From assembly GCA_963675755.2 (NCBI GenBank), contig CAXXMD010000003.1, positions 3,040,001 through 3,104,000 on the forward strand: a stretch of 64,000 nt of DNA, written 5' to 3'. This stretch comes from a bacterium. Its GTDB lineage: Bacteria; Zhuqueibacterota; Zhuqueibacteria; Residuimicrobiales; Krinioviventaceae. A program made the translations under genes and the position numbers. Every line of letters begins with the position of its first letter. Position 1 is the first letter of the stretch. Below the pieces are notes generated by a model, which saw nothing but the letters and a program-made list of their open reading frames with translations, did no database searches and was not told the DNA's origin. Of the stretch, positions 48,937-58,590 are shown piece after piece.

Positions 48937-51075
48937 TTATTTAATCATAACCATTTTTTTTGAATATGTGTGTAATGCGGTTTGAGTTTTAATGTTTACC
49001 TGATAAAAGTAAACTCCCGAACTCGATACTTTACCGTTATAGTTTGTTCCATTCCAGGTATTTTGGTGATACCCGGCATTCAACTGTGAATTATTCAAAC
49101 AGTTTACTTTTCTTCCGTTAATGTCATAAATGTTTATTTCAACATTCGCTTTTTCATCCAATTGAAAGGATATACGGGTTTGTGCGTTAAAAGGATTGGG
49201 ATAATTTTGATTTAGAATAAATCCATCAGGAACAGGATTGGATTTGCTATTGATTGCCAATGTAGGGTCTTTTTCAAAAATGGTGAAAATACCGGTATCG
49301 TCCCGGATGATGAGTTCATCTGAACCATCATTATAAATGTCATAAAATGTGGGGACATATTCTCCATAATAATCAATATTAACAAAGGCATCATTCCAAC
49401 GGGCCCAGGCGGGGGATTGGGCATTGCCAATGTTTTCAAAGGCATACAATGAATCCGTAGCACTGTATTTAACAATCATATCAAAATCACCATCCTGATC
49501 CAGATCGCTGAATGTAGAGTAATGGAAAACGGTGTTTGGCAGTCCTTGTTTCCAGTCCTGTCTTAATTTCCAGGTAGAATCCGGATCTTGTGTATTTTCA
49601 TAAAAATGATACGCGCTGGGATAATTGTAATTTTCTTCACCAATGTCCATGACTGTTTTTTCGCGGAAAATAAAATCAAGGTCACCATCGTTATCCAGAT
49701 CATAAAAGTTAATGTCCAGAAACAGGGTGCTGTCAAACTGGCTAAAGATCATATCATTTAAACTGGTTTTGCTGGTCCATTCGCCGCTCAGGTCCGGTTT
49801 CGAGTTTTCATAAACATTTGTATAACTGTAATACATGTAATGATGTGTGTAAATAAATTCGGGCAGGCCATTATTGTCAAAATCTGTCAACTGGTCTTTG
49901 TAAGAGTCTCCTTCCGTATAAGTGGTAAACTCTGTTTCTGAGGGCGTGTGTTTGTAGAATAAGCAGTTCATCAGCGTATCTGGTGTGAGGCGAACGGGTT
50001 TTAGCCCAAATTCTATCCAACCTCTATAACCATTGACAAAAAGTAAAGATGGAAAGCGATTATTCAATTGAAATGGATAAATTCTTGAGAATGGTAAAGC
50101 AGGTAAAGAATTCAATACATAATAATTGGGATCAAAGGGCTGCTCTGCATTACCAGTGGCTAAATAAATACGACAAACGCGTTTCCCATCAATGACAAAT
50201 AAATCCTTTTTCCCATCTTTATTATAATCATAAGGGAAAATGGAATTGATGGTATCATTGATCTCAATATTTGGCAAATTTTGTTCATTTGAAAAGTTGA
50301 ATCCGTTTGAATCCTGTCTGCCATAAAATAATTTAATTTTGTAAATACCTTCTGTAATACTGATAATCAGCATATCAACCAGACTGTCGTTGTTTACATG
50401 CATCATGGTTGGAGAGATGTATTCATAGCTCAATGTGTTTTTTGTAGCATTTTGTAAAACGGTCGAGTCTTTTTCCCAAGCAGGTTCGCTTGCATTACCA
50501 ATATTTCTAAAAAAGGATAAATTTAGTACTCCAAGTCCTATATAGCTATTATTCACTAGCAAGTCTAGATCTCCATCGGAATCTATATCAAAGAAAGATG
50601 GATTGTCTGGTGTATACGAAGCTATTTCAAAACTAACATCTTTGAATGTATCCGGATTAAGGGTCAAGGTTAGTGTGCTGTCAATTTCCCAGTCATACAG
50701 TTCTGTGGCATCTCTGATGATTATATTCGGATTACCATCTGCATCAATATCCTGGATTGTAAAGCCCATATTACCTATGCAGCCTTCAATTCTTGTTTCA
50801 TATATTTTATCGGGTAGATAATATGGGGGTGTTTCTGTGTCTTGTCCTAAAAAGATTTGGAGTTTTCGCCAAGTCCAATCTTTATGTTTCCCTAAAATTG
50901 CCAAATCCGTAATACCATCCTTATTAAAATCACAAGGTGCCATAGCATTAACGAAAATATCTAACCCCGATGGATTCAACGGGCGGGTGTCAGCCATCCA
51001 GTGGATGGGTACAGCAAAAAGATTGAAATTCAGGATTAAAATAATAATTTGAAAAAGGTGTTTTGAATTAATCAT
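48937..51075 (-). CDS. Secreted FG-GAP/VCBS repeat protein with FlgD-Ig C-terminal domain
   Basis: Repeated DxDxDGDxD motifs (DFNKDGITD, DIDSDGDLD, DLDNDGDLD, DLDQDGDFD); C-terminal LNQNYPNPFNA...KKMVMIK. Confidence 0.85.
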   Translation of the reverse strand: MINSKHLFQIIILILNFNLFAVPIHWMADTRPLNPSGLDIFVNAMAPCDFNKDGITDLAILGKHKDWTWRKLQIFLGQDTETPPYYLPDKIYETRIEGCIGNMGFTIQDIDADGNPNIIIRDATELYDWEIDSTLTLTLNPDTFKDVSFEIASYTPDNPSFFDIDSDGDLDLLVNNSYIGLGVLNLSFFRNIGNASEPAWEKDSTVLQNATKNTLSYEYISPTMMHVNNDSLVDMLIISITEGIYKIKLFYGRQDSNGFNFSNEQNLPNIEINDTINSIFPYDYNKDGKKDLFVIDGKRVCRIYLATGNAEQPFDPNYYVLNSLPALPFSRIYPFQLNNRFPSLLFVNGYRGWIEFGLKPVRLTPDTLMNCLFYKHTPSETEFTTYTEGDSYKDQLTDFDNNGLPEFIYTHHYMYYSYTNVYENSKPDLSGEWTSKTSLNDMIFSQFDSTLFLDINFYDLDNDGDLDFIFREKTVMDIGEENYNYPSAYHFYENTQDPDSTWKLRQDWKQGLPNTVFHYSTFSDLDQDGDFDMIVKYSATDSLYAFENIGNAQSPAWARWNDAFVNIDYYGEYVPTFYDIYNDGSDELIIRDDTGIFTIFEKDPTLAINSKSNPVPDGFILNQNYPNPFNAQTRISFQLDEKANVEINIYDINGRKVNCLNNSQLNAGYHQNTWNGTNYNGKVSSSGVYFYQVNIKTQTALHTYSKKMVMIK

Positions 51076-51160
51076 GATACTTCCCCCTATCAAAATTAAA
51101 AATGGTGTTGTTATTAATAGTTAATAATAATTGTAAATAAAGTCAACATTTTTTTGAAAT

Positions 51161-51535
51161 TTACATCATGCTGGCCCGCATTACATCCAAACGGACTTTT
51201 GCATCTACATCTTCTTTGATTATAGGATCCAGGTTAGCGCAGGGGTAATCGTCACAGAACGCACAGGACTGCATTCCCCGATTTTTTGCGCAATTGCGGA
51301 TTTTGCAATCGGTACAGGGGGTGAACAGCACTCCTGAATCACTCATACAGCCCAGACAGTCTGTAATGTCCTCCAGTTTATATTTTGTGTTATAGAGATT
51401 GTTAGTAATGTAGACAATCTCTTGCCGCATTTTTTGCTTCTTTTGTGGATCGGGTTCAAGTGTTGCCATATAAATAGGACAGCCTTTGCACATTAATCCG
51501 CAATAAGAAAACTCGGATTGGTAAGATGTTGACAT
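51161..51535 (-). CDS. DUF3795-like Cys-rich protein
   Basis: CGLMCKGCP, CLGC, CKIRNCA, CAFCDDYPC. Confidence 0.82.
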   Translation of the reverse strand: MSTSYQSEFSYCGLMCKGCPIYMATLEPDPQKKQKMRQEIVYITNNLYNTKYKLEDITDCLGCMSDSGVLFTPCTDCKIRNCAKNRGMQSCAFCDDYPCANLDPIIKEDVDAKVRLDVMRASMM

Positions 51536-51683
51536 GATTCATACCTGTTGTTAATGATTAAAGCCGGGTTGAATCTATATTGTATTAAACATTTGAGGTG
51601 GAAGAACTATTCAGGAATTTCTTGACAATGTAAAACCGGGTTGTTAGGTACTCGTTCTGTGGACTTGGCCCTGGAAGGATGAT

Positions 51684-51717
51684 AAAAAAACGGTCCCGAG
51701 AAAAAATCCCGGGACCG
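51684..51717 (-). terminator. Intrinsic terminator of the cytochrome operon
   Basis: Minus strand reads CGGTCCCGGGA-TTT-TTCTCGGGACCG-TTTTTTT. Confidence 0.85.
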
Positions 51718-51724
51718 ATACTCA

Positions 51725-53029
51725 TTAAAGCTCCAGCCCCAGAATGTAATCTGCAATTTCTGTCAACTGGGCGTCTCCCAAATGTGCCATGGACGGCATA
51801 ATGGGGCCACCGCGTTTGACCTGGGGATTTTTAGCCCATAATACAACCTGCTGGGGATTGTCTGGGTACAATTCAATAATCTCTTTGAGGGAAGGTCCTA
51901 CCATTACAGTAGTAGGTGCATGGCAAACGCCACAATTTCTTGCAAATGCAGCTTCAGCACCGGTAGCTTTGGGCGCTTTACTGATGCCCATGCGCTCGCG
52001 TCCTCTGGCAGCTTCAGCTTGCCAGTAGAGCAGTTCAGTTTTTTCTGCTACCATTTTACGGTGTGGATCAACGGCACGTTCACGATAATAGTGACGTCCA
52101 AACGCCATCATGGTTACGGTACAGGTGAGCAAAATGATTATGATCCAGAAACGTCCATTTGAAAATTCACGTTGGCTGTGGAGTTCGTTCCACACATACA
52201 ACATGAACAAAATGGCGCCTGTAATTCCCAAACCGATAAAGAGGTATACGGTAAGGTGAAGACCATGCACAGGCAGAGTCAGTAATAATAACGGTCCTAC
52301 AATAAACTGCATAGAGGTAACCATGAATGCAATTTTGTAAAAAAGTCTTTTTACTTCTGAACGGGTAAAGCCCGGCAGCTTTTCTTCGTGGGGATATTTT
52401 TTACGTCCAAACCAGCCGGCTCCAAACAAAGCGGTAACTGCAATAGCCGCGAGAATAAAATGCATATAACGGGGGATTACATTTTGCAATAAAACAGCAG
52501 AAATAAATCCTTTAACCTCCAGCCAGCGACTGGGAAAGAGCATGAGGTTGACATTGGCCAGAAAAATAAGCGGAATGACCATGAATAATGCCAGAGCCAC
52601 ACCAGCAATGGTTAAGTGGATTAGCTTGTTATCTGCAAGTTTGTCCCAGGTATATTTATGCAGATACGTTAGTAAAAACGCAACCGAAACAGAAGGAATG
52701 ATCATTACCCAGGCAATACCGGTAAGAGAAGTTGAAGCGTAAAAATAAGTTGTATATGCCAGATTGATTGCTAATAGTGGTGCAACGCCCAATACCACTG
52801 CCAGACTTTTATTAACCGTTACCGTTTTGGAAATCTCTCTTGCCAGATGGTCATATCTTTTATTTGATATTCCCATAATTTCAAAGATAAACGAGAGTGC
52901 CACACCGCCAAACATAAAGTTCACAAACAGAATGTGCAGCATGAACAGAAAAACCAGTAAAATTTTTAATGTACCTTCCGGTAAGGGAAGTTGTAATTGT
53001 ATATCATGAGGTACAGGTATAGAATCCAT
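51725..53029 (-). CDS. Polytopic membrane protein with C-terminal cytochrome c (cytochrome bd-like partner subunit)
   Basis: About 8 TM helices, LHILFVN, LGVAPLL, C-terminal CGVCH heme motif with GP and a distal Met (IMPSM). Confidence 0.8.
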   Translation of the reverse strand: MDSIPVPHDIQLQLPLPEGTLKILLVFLFMLHILFVNFMFGGVALSFIFEIMGISNKRYDHLAREISKTVTVNKSLAVVLGVAPLLAINLAYTTYFYASTSLTGIAWVMIIPSVSVAFLLTYLHKYTWDKLADNKLIHLTIAGVALALFMVIPLIFLANVNLMLFPSRWLEVKGFISAVLLQNVIPRYMHFILAAIAVTALFGAGWFGRKKYPHEEKLPGFTRSEVKRLFYKIAFMVTSMQFIVGPLLLLTLPVHGLHLTVYLFIGLGITGAILFMLYVWNELHSQREFSNGRFWIIIILLTCTVTMMAFGRHYYRERAVDPHRKMVAEKTELLYWQAEAARGRERMGISKAPKATGAEAAFARNCGVCHAPTTVMVGPSLKEIIELYPDNPQQVVLWAKNPQVKRGGPIMPSMAHLGDAQLTEIADYILGLEL

Positions 53030-53056
53030 ATCTTCCTCTATTTTTAAGGTCCTTAA

Positions 53057-54451
53057 TTATCTATCAATTCCTGCTGTTTGTGCACCTTCCATGCGAAAGG
53101 CCCGGTTTTGATGCGCAATGATAAACTCGCTCAATGCCTCGCGCTCTGCGTCGGTACCGGGATATGGCGGCATAAAGGGTCTCACATTGTGCATGCCCGC
53201 TATAAAGTTCGAGATCTGTTCCGGTGTCCAGGGTGTGTCTCCGGGGAACAGGTAACGGAATTTACCGGTAACGCTGTTTATACCACTGACCGTATGACAA
53301 CGACTGCAGGTAAGCATAAAAACATCCCGTCCCGCTTCATAATGGTTGTCAGGTGTGATCTCTTTGGTTTTCACAAATGAAGCATGAGGGAGTACACCAT
53401 CTTCACTGTAAAGTGCGTAATTGTCTTTTAATAATCCGTTTGCGTACATATAATCTGCAATGACATAGGGTTTGCGCAGGAACTCTCTTGCGCGTTCAAA
53501 ATAACCCAATAAAGCAATACCCATAATAAAAGGAATTAACATTACAAATCTGGGAACCCAGCGAGAGCGGATAATTCCTGCTGTGGCAACAATGGCTACC
53601 GTTACAACCATGGCTAATAGTATAATGAGAATTGTGTGGTACCAAGTTGCATAATTTTGAGTTGCAACGGCAATAGGAGCATTTTCAGTCATATATGCCG
53701 GTATACGCTGCCAGTACCACCAGGCAGCTGCGGCGGTCGGAACCAGCCAGGTTAGACTCCATATAGATAGATATTTAATTACGGTATATCGTACCGGTTG
53801 TTTTTTTACGAAAAAGGGAACCAGAAACATGAAAAAGAGTCCGCTGCTCATTAATGCAAAAGAGGTTCGGAAAGCAAGCTGCGGAATATATACAGGATTC
53901 AAAACAGCCGTGAGCAAACTTGAGAATTCAGTCCATTCACGTATGAATGGCATCCATTTCCCGGGAGTCATCATAAATCCCAGCACAGCCGTAATAATAA
54001 CCATAGTAAGCCATGAGAAAAGTGCCAGGAACGCACCAATGCGGATATGTTTCTTTTTATTGGTTTTTGACATGGATTTCCAGCTTAGGAAATACCACAT
54101 GATAAAGCAAACTTCTGCAACAAAAATAATCCATTCGGTAAACCATGCCCAAAAGAAAATCCGTAACAAGCTGCCTATAGCATCAGGGTTTACCAGAGAT
54201 GTGGTGAGCCAGATACCCACACCGGTTAAAGCTCCAAAAGTAGTTGTAATGATGAAAAATACAAAAGTGAATTTGTAAGCCAATTCGTCAAGTTCGGCGT
54301 CCTTGCGTTTATGGGCTATCCATTCCAGCAGGGTTACCAGAGGTACAGCTCCTACAGCCATGGGATGATTGATCATAACATGCACAATGGCTACAATCGC
54401 TACAAGCATGCGATTACCGATAAAGTCCAGATGAAAGAGTGGAAAATCCAT
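53057..54451 (-). CDS. Cytochrome bd subunit I-like protein fused to cytochrome c
   Basis: HVMINH in TM1, GALTGVGIW, WFTEWIIFVAE, REFLRKPYVI (counterpart of CydA GRQPW), CSRCH and a distal MPP. Confidence 0.82.
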   Translation of the reverse strand: MDFPLFHLDFIGNRMLVAIVAIVHVMINHPMAVGAVPLVTLLEWIAHKRKDAELDELAYKFTFVFFIITTTFGALTGVGIWLTTSLVNPDAIGSLLRIFFWAWFTEWIIFVAEVCFIMWYFLSWKSMSKTNKKKHIRIGAFLALFSWLTMVIITAVLGFMMTPGKWMPFIREWTEFSSLLTAVLNPVYIPQLAFRTSFALMSSGLFFMFLVPFFVKKQPVRYTVIKYLSIWSLTWLVPTAAAAWWYWQRIPAYMTENAPIAVATQNYATWYHTILIILLAMVVTVAIVATAGIIRSRWVPRFVMLIPFIMGIALLGYFERAREFLRKPYVIADYMYANGLLKDNYALYSEDGVLPHASFVKTKEITPDNHYEAGRDVFMLTCSRCHTVSGINSVTGKFRYLFPGDTPWTPEQISNFIAGMHNVRPFMPPYPGTDAEREALSEFIIAHQNRAFRMEGAQTAGIDR

Positions 54452-54459
54452 TCAAACTC

Positions 54460-55083
54460 CTATGCTTTCAGGGTTTTTAAGAATTTATTTATAGATTTTT
54501 GAATAACCTTTTTTTTATGTTGAAGCAATGGTTCACATAAACCATAGAGTTCTTGATGTAATTCAGGATGATATCCGGCAACAGCTTCAAGCCCCGCTAT
54601 TGCATGCCCGGCATGTCTACCATCCCAGGCAGTCAGAATATTTTGTAATACCGGCCAGACTTTAATTGCAGTGTCCGGACTGGTTGATGCATAAGCGGAA
54701 AGTATATCAGCTGTATAGTCCCGTACAATGATACTATTATCATTATTAAATATATTGTAAAATAGGTTTAGATTTTGTGCAATTGTATTTGGGATTTTGC
54801 CTGCAGTTAACGCAAGTGCATGTGCAGCTTCCCAACGTACACGGGTAGTTTTGTTATCAAGACAATTAATTAATGTTTTGCAATAAGAAATGATCAAATC
54901 CGGATTTATTTCAGCTACCATTGTAAAAACCTCAGCACAATCTCCTGCTGTTTGGGGTTGGGTTAATCCTTTTTCGACCTCTGACAATAAAGACGGATCT
55001 GCCAAGCATTGCTCAGCGACGGACCGGTTCGATTGCTGGGTTTTATCGCCGGTTAGCGATGATAACTGGTCTAAAAGGCCCAT
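54460..55083 (-). CDS. HEAT-repeat/alpha-solenoid hypothetical protein
   Basis: RVRWEAAHALA, IIVRDY; helical pattern. Confidence 0.65.
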   Translation of the reverse strand: MGLLDQLSSLTGDKTQQSNRSVAEQCLADPSLLSEVEKGLTQPQTAGDCAEVFTMVAEINPDLIISYCKTLINCLDNKTTRVRWEAAHALALTAGKIPNTIAQNLNLFYNIFNNDNSIIVRDYTADILSAYASTSPDTAIKVWPVLQNILTAWDGRHAGHAIAGLEAVAGYHPELHQELYGLCEPLLQHKKKVIQKSINKFLKTLKA

Positions 55084-55219
55084 ACTGCCCTGTTGTTTTG
55101 ATGATTTTAAATGGCTTTATGCAATAATAAGAATCTATATCATAAGGCGCAAGTGAATTTCACATTCAAGTATCAAGATGTAGTGGAGTTCTGTATGGAT
55201 TTTTAAGTTTAATATGGGA

Positions 55220-55255
55220 TACCTTCCAGGTTTTGATTGGAATACCTGGAAGGTA
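55220..55255 (-). terminator. Hairpin downstream of the YbaK-family gene
   Basis: TACCTTCCAGG...CCTGGAAGGTA 11-bp inverted repeat; no clear U tract. Confidence 0.5.
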
Positions 55256-55266
55256 ATGGATAGGTT

Positions 55267-55758
55267 CTAGTGATATTTTTCCCGATTATATTTTCTGTGC
55301 ATTGAAAAATTGCCAATGTGCGGATTTGTAAGTTTTTTGAAATCTTGAAATTTCATTTTAATCAGTTCTTTGTGGTTGCATGCATTAAAATAAATTTCAG
55401 GATCATTTGCCAGATCTTTGTCAACCCATACAGGTACATTGTAGAGGTTGCCAAAGGGAGGCATTGCACCTACTTCACAATCCGGGAATTGAAATTTAAA
55501 TTCCTCTTCTGATGCAAGCAGAACCTGATCTGCACCGGTAATTTTTTTAAGATGTGAAAAATCAACCTTACTCGATGCGGGTAGAACAGCCATAGCCATT
55601 TTACCATTAATGAGCACCATTACTGTTTTGGCCATTTCCTTACCGGGAATATGGGCATAATGGGCAATTTCCTGAGAGGTGTATGCGGGAGAATGGGATA
55701 ATGTAATATACTTTACATGGTGCTCATCCAAATAATGTGTTAATTGGGATGAAGGCAT
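55267..55758 (-). CDS. YbaK/aminoacyl-tRNA deacylase-family protein
   Basis: AKTVM, LASEEE...FPDCEVGAMPPFG, FNACNH. ATG follows AAGGAG. Confidence 0.88.
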   Translation of the reverse strand: MPSSQLTHYLDEHHVKYITLSHSPAYTSQEIAHYAHIPGKEMAKTVMVLINGKMAMAVLPASSKVDFSHLKKITGADQVLLASEEEFKFQFPDCEVGAMPPFGNLYNVPVWVDKDLANDPEIYFNACNHKELIKMKFQDFKKLTNPHIGNFSMHRKYNREKYH

Positions 55759-55934
55759 AATATTCTCCTTAATTATATTAAAAATTGAATTGCTGATACA
55801 CTTGGCAAATAATGGCGGAAATGCAATTAAAGGAAAGCATGTATCATGCAATTGTTTGTTTGTAATTTTAAATTCTGAGGGAATTCCGAATCCGGAAATG
55901 TTAGCATAGGAAAATGCAGCCCTGTTTCTATTTA

Positions 55935-55963
55935 ATAATAATTAATAATTGATATCATGTCAA
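55935..55963 (-). promoter_or_regulatory. Sigma70-type promoter upstream of the YbaK-family gene
   Basis: TTGACA-17 bp-TATTAT on the minus strand. Confidence 0.6.
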
Positions 55964-56132
55964 GACAATAGTTTTAAAAACAGCCGGTAGTTTGATGTTT
56001 TAAATAATGAATAATTTCTACAAGCAAAACATCAAATAATTATATGGAAATTACTAAATCGGTATTTGGAATATTGATAAAAAATCACGTTATTAAAAAT
56101 GAAAAAAATTACTTTATAAAGAGGAATTGCTA

Positions 56133-58220
56133 ATGAAAAAACTTTTGACAATCCTATTATTGGGAGTTATCATGACTTCATGTACACAACAAAAAAATCC
56201 ATTTTTACAAACATGGAACACTCCTTTTGGAACACCACCATTTGATAAAATTCAAGAAAAACATTATATGCCCGCCTACCTGGAGGGTATGAAACAGCAA
56301 ATGGAAGAAGTAGATGCTATTATTAACAATTCTGAAGAGCCAACTTTTGAAAATACACTTGAAGCCCTGGACAATAGTGGGAAATTGCTTGATAAAATAG
56401 ACAATGTCTTTAGTAATTTAAATTCATCAACTACAAATGATGAAATGCAAAAGATTGCCAAAGAGGTTTCACCATTATTATCAAAACATTATGATGATAT
56501 CTCGATGAACGACAAGCTTTTTGCACGTATCAAAGCTGTTTATAACAAGCGTGATCAGCTCCAGTTGGATACTGAACAGTTTAAACTTTTAGAGAAAACC
56601 TATAAAGATGCGGTACGTGGTGGTGCGCTTTTAAATGATGAGCAAAAAGACAAGTTGAGAGCAATAAATGCTGAACTTTCTAAATTGTCTTTGCAGTTTG
56701 GCGAAAATGTTTTAAAAGAAAATAATGAATTTAAACTGGTTCTTGATAAAAAAGAAGATCTGGCAGGACTGCCGGCCAGTGTTATTGCAGCAGCTGAAGA
56801 AGCGGCAAAAGAACACGGTGAAGAAGGCAAGTGGGTATTTACCCTGCATAAACCCAGTTTAATTCCCTTTTTGCAGTTTTCTGATAAAAGAGAATATCGT
56901 GAAATTATGCTAAAAGGATATATTGAACGTGGCAACCATAATAATGAATTGGATAATAAAGATATACTGAAAAAGATGGCTTCTTTGCGTGTAAAACGTG
57001 CCAATCTGCTTGGCTATGAAACACACGCCCACTATATTCTTGAAAAAAATATGGCAAAAGAACCAGAGCATGTATACGAGTTGTTGTGGAAATTATGGAA
57101 ACCCGCTTTAAACAAAGCAAAGGCGGAAGCTTATGATCTGCAAGCCATGATCAATAAAGAGGGCGGTAATTTTAAACTCGAGCCCTGGGACTGGTGGTAT
57201 TATGCGGAAAAAATTAAAAAAGAAAAGTATGAATTAGATGATGAAGAACTGCGTCCTTATTTCCAGTTAGAGAATGTTAGAGACGGTGCGTTTGCCGTAG
57301 CAAACAAACTCTATGGAATTACATTTACAGAGCTGCCGGATGTTAAAGTTTATCACCCGGATGTTAAAGTATTTGAAGTTAAAGATGCTGATGGTTCACA
57401 TGTTGGTGTTTTGTATACCGACTATTTCCCCAGAGCCAGCAAACGCGGCGGTGCATGGATGAGCAGTTTCCGAAAACAATCTAATAATGGTGAATATATC
57501 ACTCCCTTAATCACCAATACCTGTAATTTTACCAAACCTACCGGTGATACACCTTCATTGCTCAGTCTTGAAGAAGTATCTACATTGTTTCACGAGTTTG
57601 GTCACGCGTTACATGGATTGTTATCTGATTGTAAATATAATGAACTATCAGGAACTTCAGTTCCCAGAGATTTTGTTGAACTTCCATCACAGATTATGGA
57701 AAACTGGGCCAGTGAACCGGAAGTGATGAAAAGTTTTGCCAAACATTACAAAACAGGAGAGACAATACCCGATGAATTGTTGGCAAAAATAGAAAAAGCG
57801 GGTAAATTTAACCAGGGCTTTGCCACGGTTGAATATTTGGCCGCATCTTTTTTAGATATGGATTGGCATACACTTGCTGAAACCAAAGAGCAGGATGTTG
57901 AATCATTTGAAAATGCAAGTATGCAAACCATTGGTCTGATCCCTGAGATTGTTGTACGTTACAAAAGTCCTTATTTTAGACATATTTTTGCCGGAGGTTA
58001 TTCATCAGGTTATTACAGCTATATCTGGGCAGAAGTATTGGATGCAGATGCGTTTCAGGCATTCAAGGAAAACGGTATATTTGACCGAGAAACAGCAATG
58101 GCGTTTCGTAACAATGTGCTTGCAAAGGGTGGCAGTGAAGATCCTATGAAGTTATATGTAAAGTTTAGAGGTCAGGAACCAGATATAAAAGCCCTTTTAG
58201 AAAGAAGAGGACTCAATTAA
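56133..58220 (+). CDS. dcp: M3 family metallopeptidase (peptidyl-dipeptidase Dcp-like), lipoprotein
   Basis: Lipobox-like MTS-C, KRGGAWM, FHEFGHALH, DFVELPSQ, GYYSYIWAEVLD. Confidence 0.92.
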   Translation: MKKLLTILLLGVIMTSCTQQKNPFLQTWNTPFGTPPFDKIQEKHYMPAYLEGMKQQMEEVDAIINNSEEPTFENTLEALDNSGKLLDKIDNVFSNLNSSTTNDEMQKIAKEVSPLLSKHYDDISMNDKLFARIKAVYNKRDQLQLDTEQFKLLEKTYKDAVRGGALLNDEQKDKLRAINAELSKLSLQFGENVLKENNEFKLVLDKKEDLAGLPASVIAAAEEAAKEHGEEGKWVFTLHKPSLIPFLQFSDKREYREIMLKGYIERGNHNNELDNKDILKKMASLRVKRANLLGYETHAHYILEKNMAKEPEHVYELLWKLWKPALNKAKAEAYDLQAMINKEGGNFKLEPWDWWYYAEKIKKEKYELDDEELRPYFQLENVRDGAFAVANKLYGITFTELPDVKVYHPDVKVFEVKDADGSHVGVLYTDYFPRASKRGGAWMSSFRKQSNNGEYITPLITNTCNFTKPTGDTPSLLSLEEVSTLFHEFGHALHGLLSDCKYNELSGTSVPRDFVELPSQIMENWASEPEVMKSFAKHYKTGETIPDELLAKIEKAGKFNQGFATVEYLAASFLDMDWHTLAETKEQDVESFENASMQTIGLIPEIVVRYKSPYFRHIFAGGYSSGYYSYIWAEVLDADAFQAFKENGIFDRETAMAFRNNVLAKGGSEDPMKLYVKFRGQEPDIKALLERRGLN

Positions 58221-58231
58221 AAAGTTTTATG

Positions 58232-58264
58232 AAAAAGGCCGTCTCAAAAGGGACGGCCTTTTTT
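58232..58264 (+). terminator. Intrinsic terminator
   Basis: AAAAAGGCCGTCTC-AAAA-GGGACGGCCTTTTTT. Confidence 0.88.
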
Positions 58265-58393
58265 CGTTTAACAATATACACTCTCCGGGGAAAAATTTAT
58301 CACTAAATAGTGGTCTTGCTTAAAATCTATTTTTATTTAATTTGTAAATTCAATAAAAACAATTTATTGTAGACTCTCTTTTCTCTGATTAGA

Positions 58394-58408
58394 TGGCATA
58401 ATTGTTGT
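58394..58408 (+). promoter_or_regulatory. Sigma54-like -24/-12 element, copy 1
   Basis: TGGCATAATTGTTGT, identical upstream of all three MCP genes. Confidence 0.7.
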
Positions 58409-58590
58409 GATAACTATCAAGTTGTATATTGATACAGTCTTACAAAACCAGATTGCAAGAACAATGAAATGAAAATTTATTGTTTGTCAAATTTTTGTTG
58501 AATATAAAATGTATAAAAAATTCAAATTTCTTTTTTTCATTAACTTGCTGACAAGGGGTAAGCAGCAAACTATAGAAAGGATGTAATAAA

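Noticed and set aside
58544-58570. Possible c-di-GMP riboswitch in the MCP leader (TTGCTG...CAGCAAAC)
   Set aside because: Only a short hairpin is present; the two-stem GEMM architecture is not evident and it is not conserved in the other two leaders.
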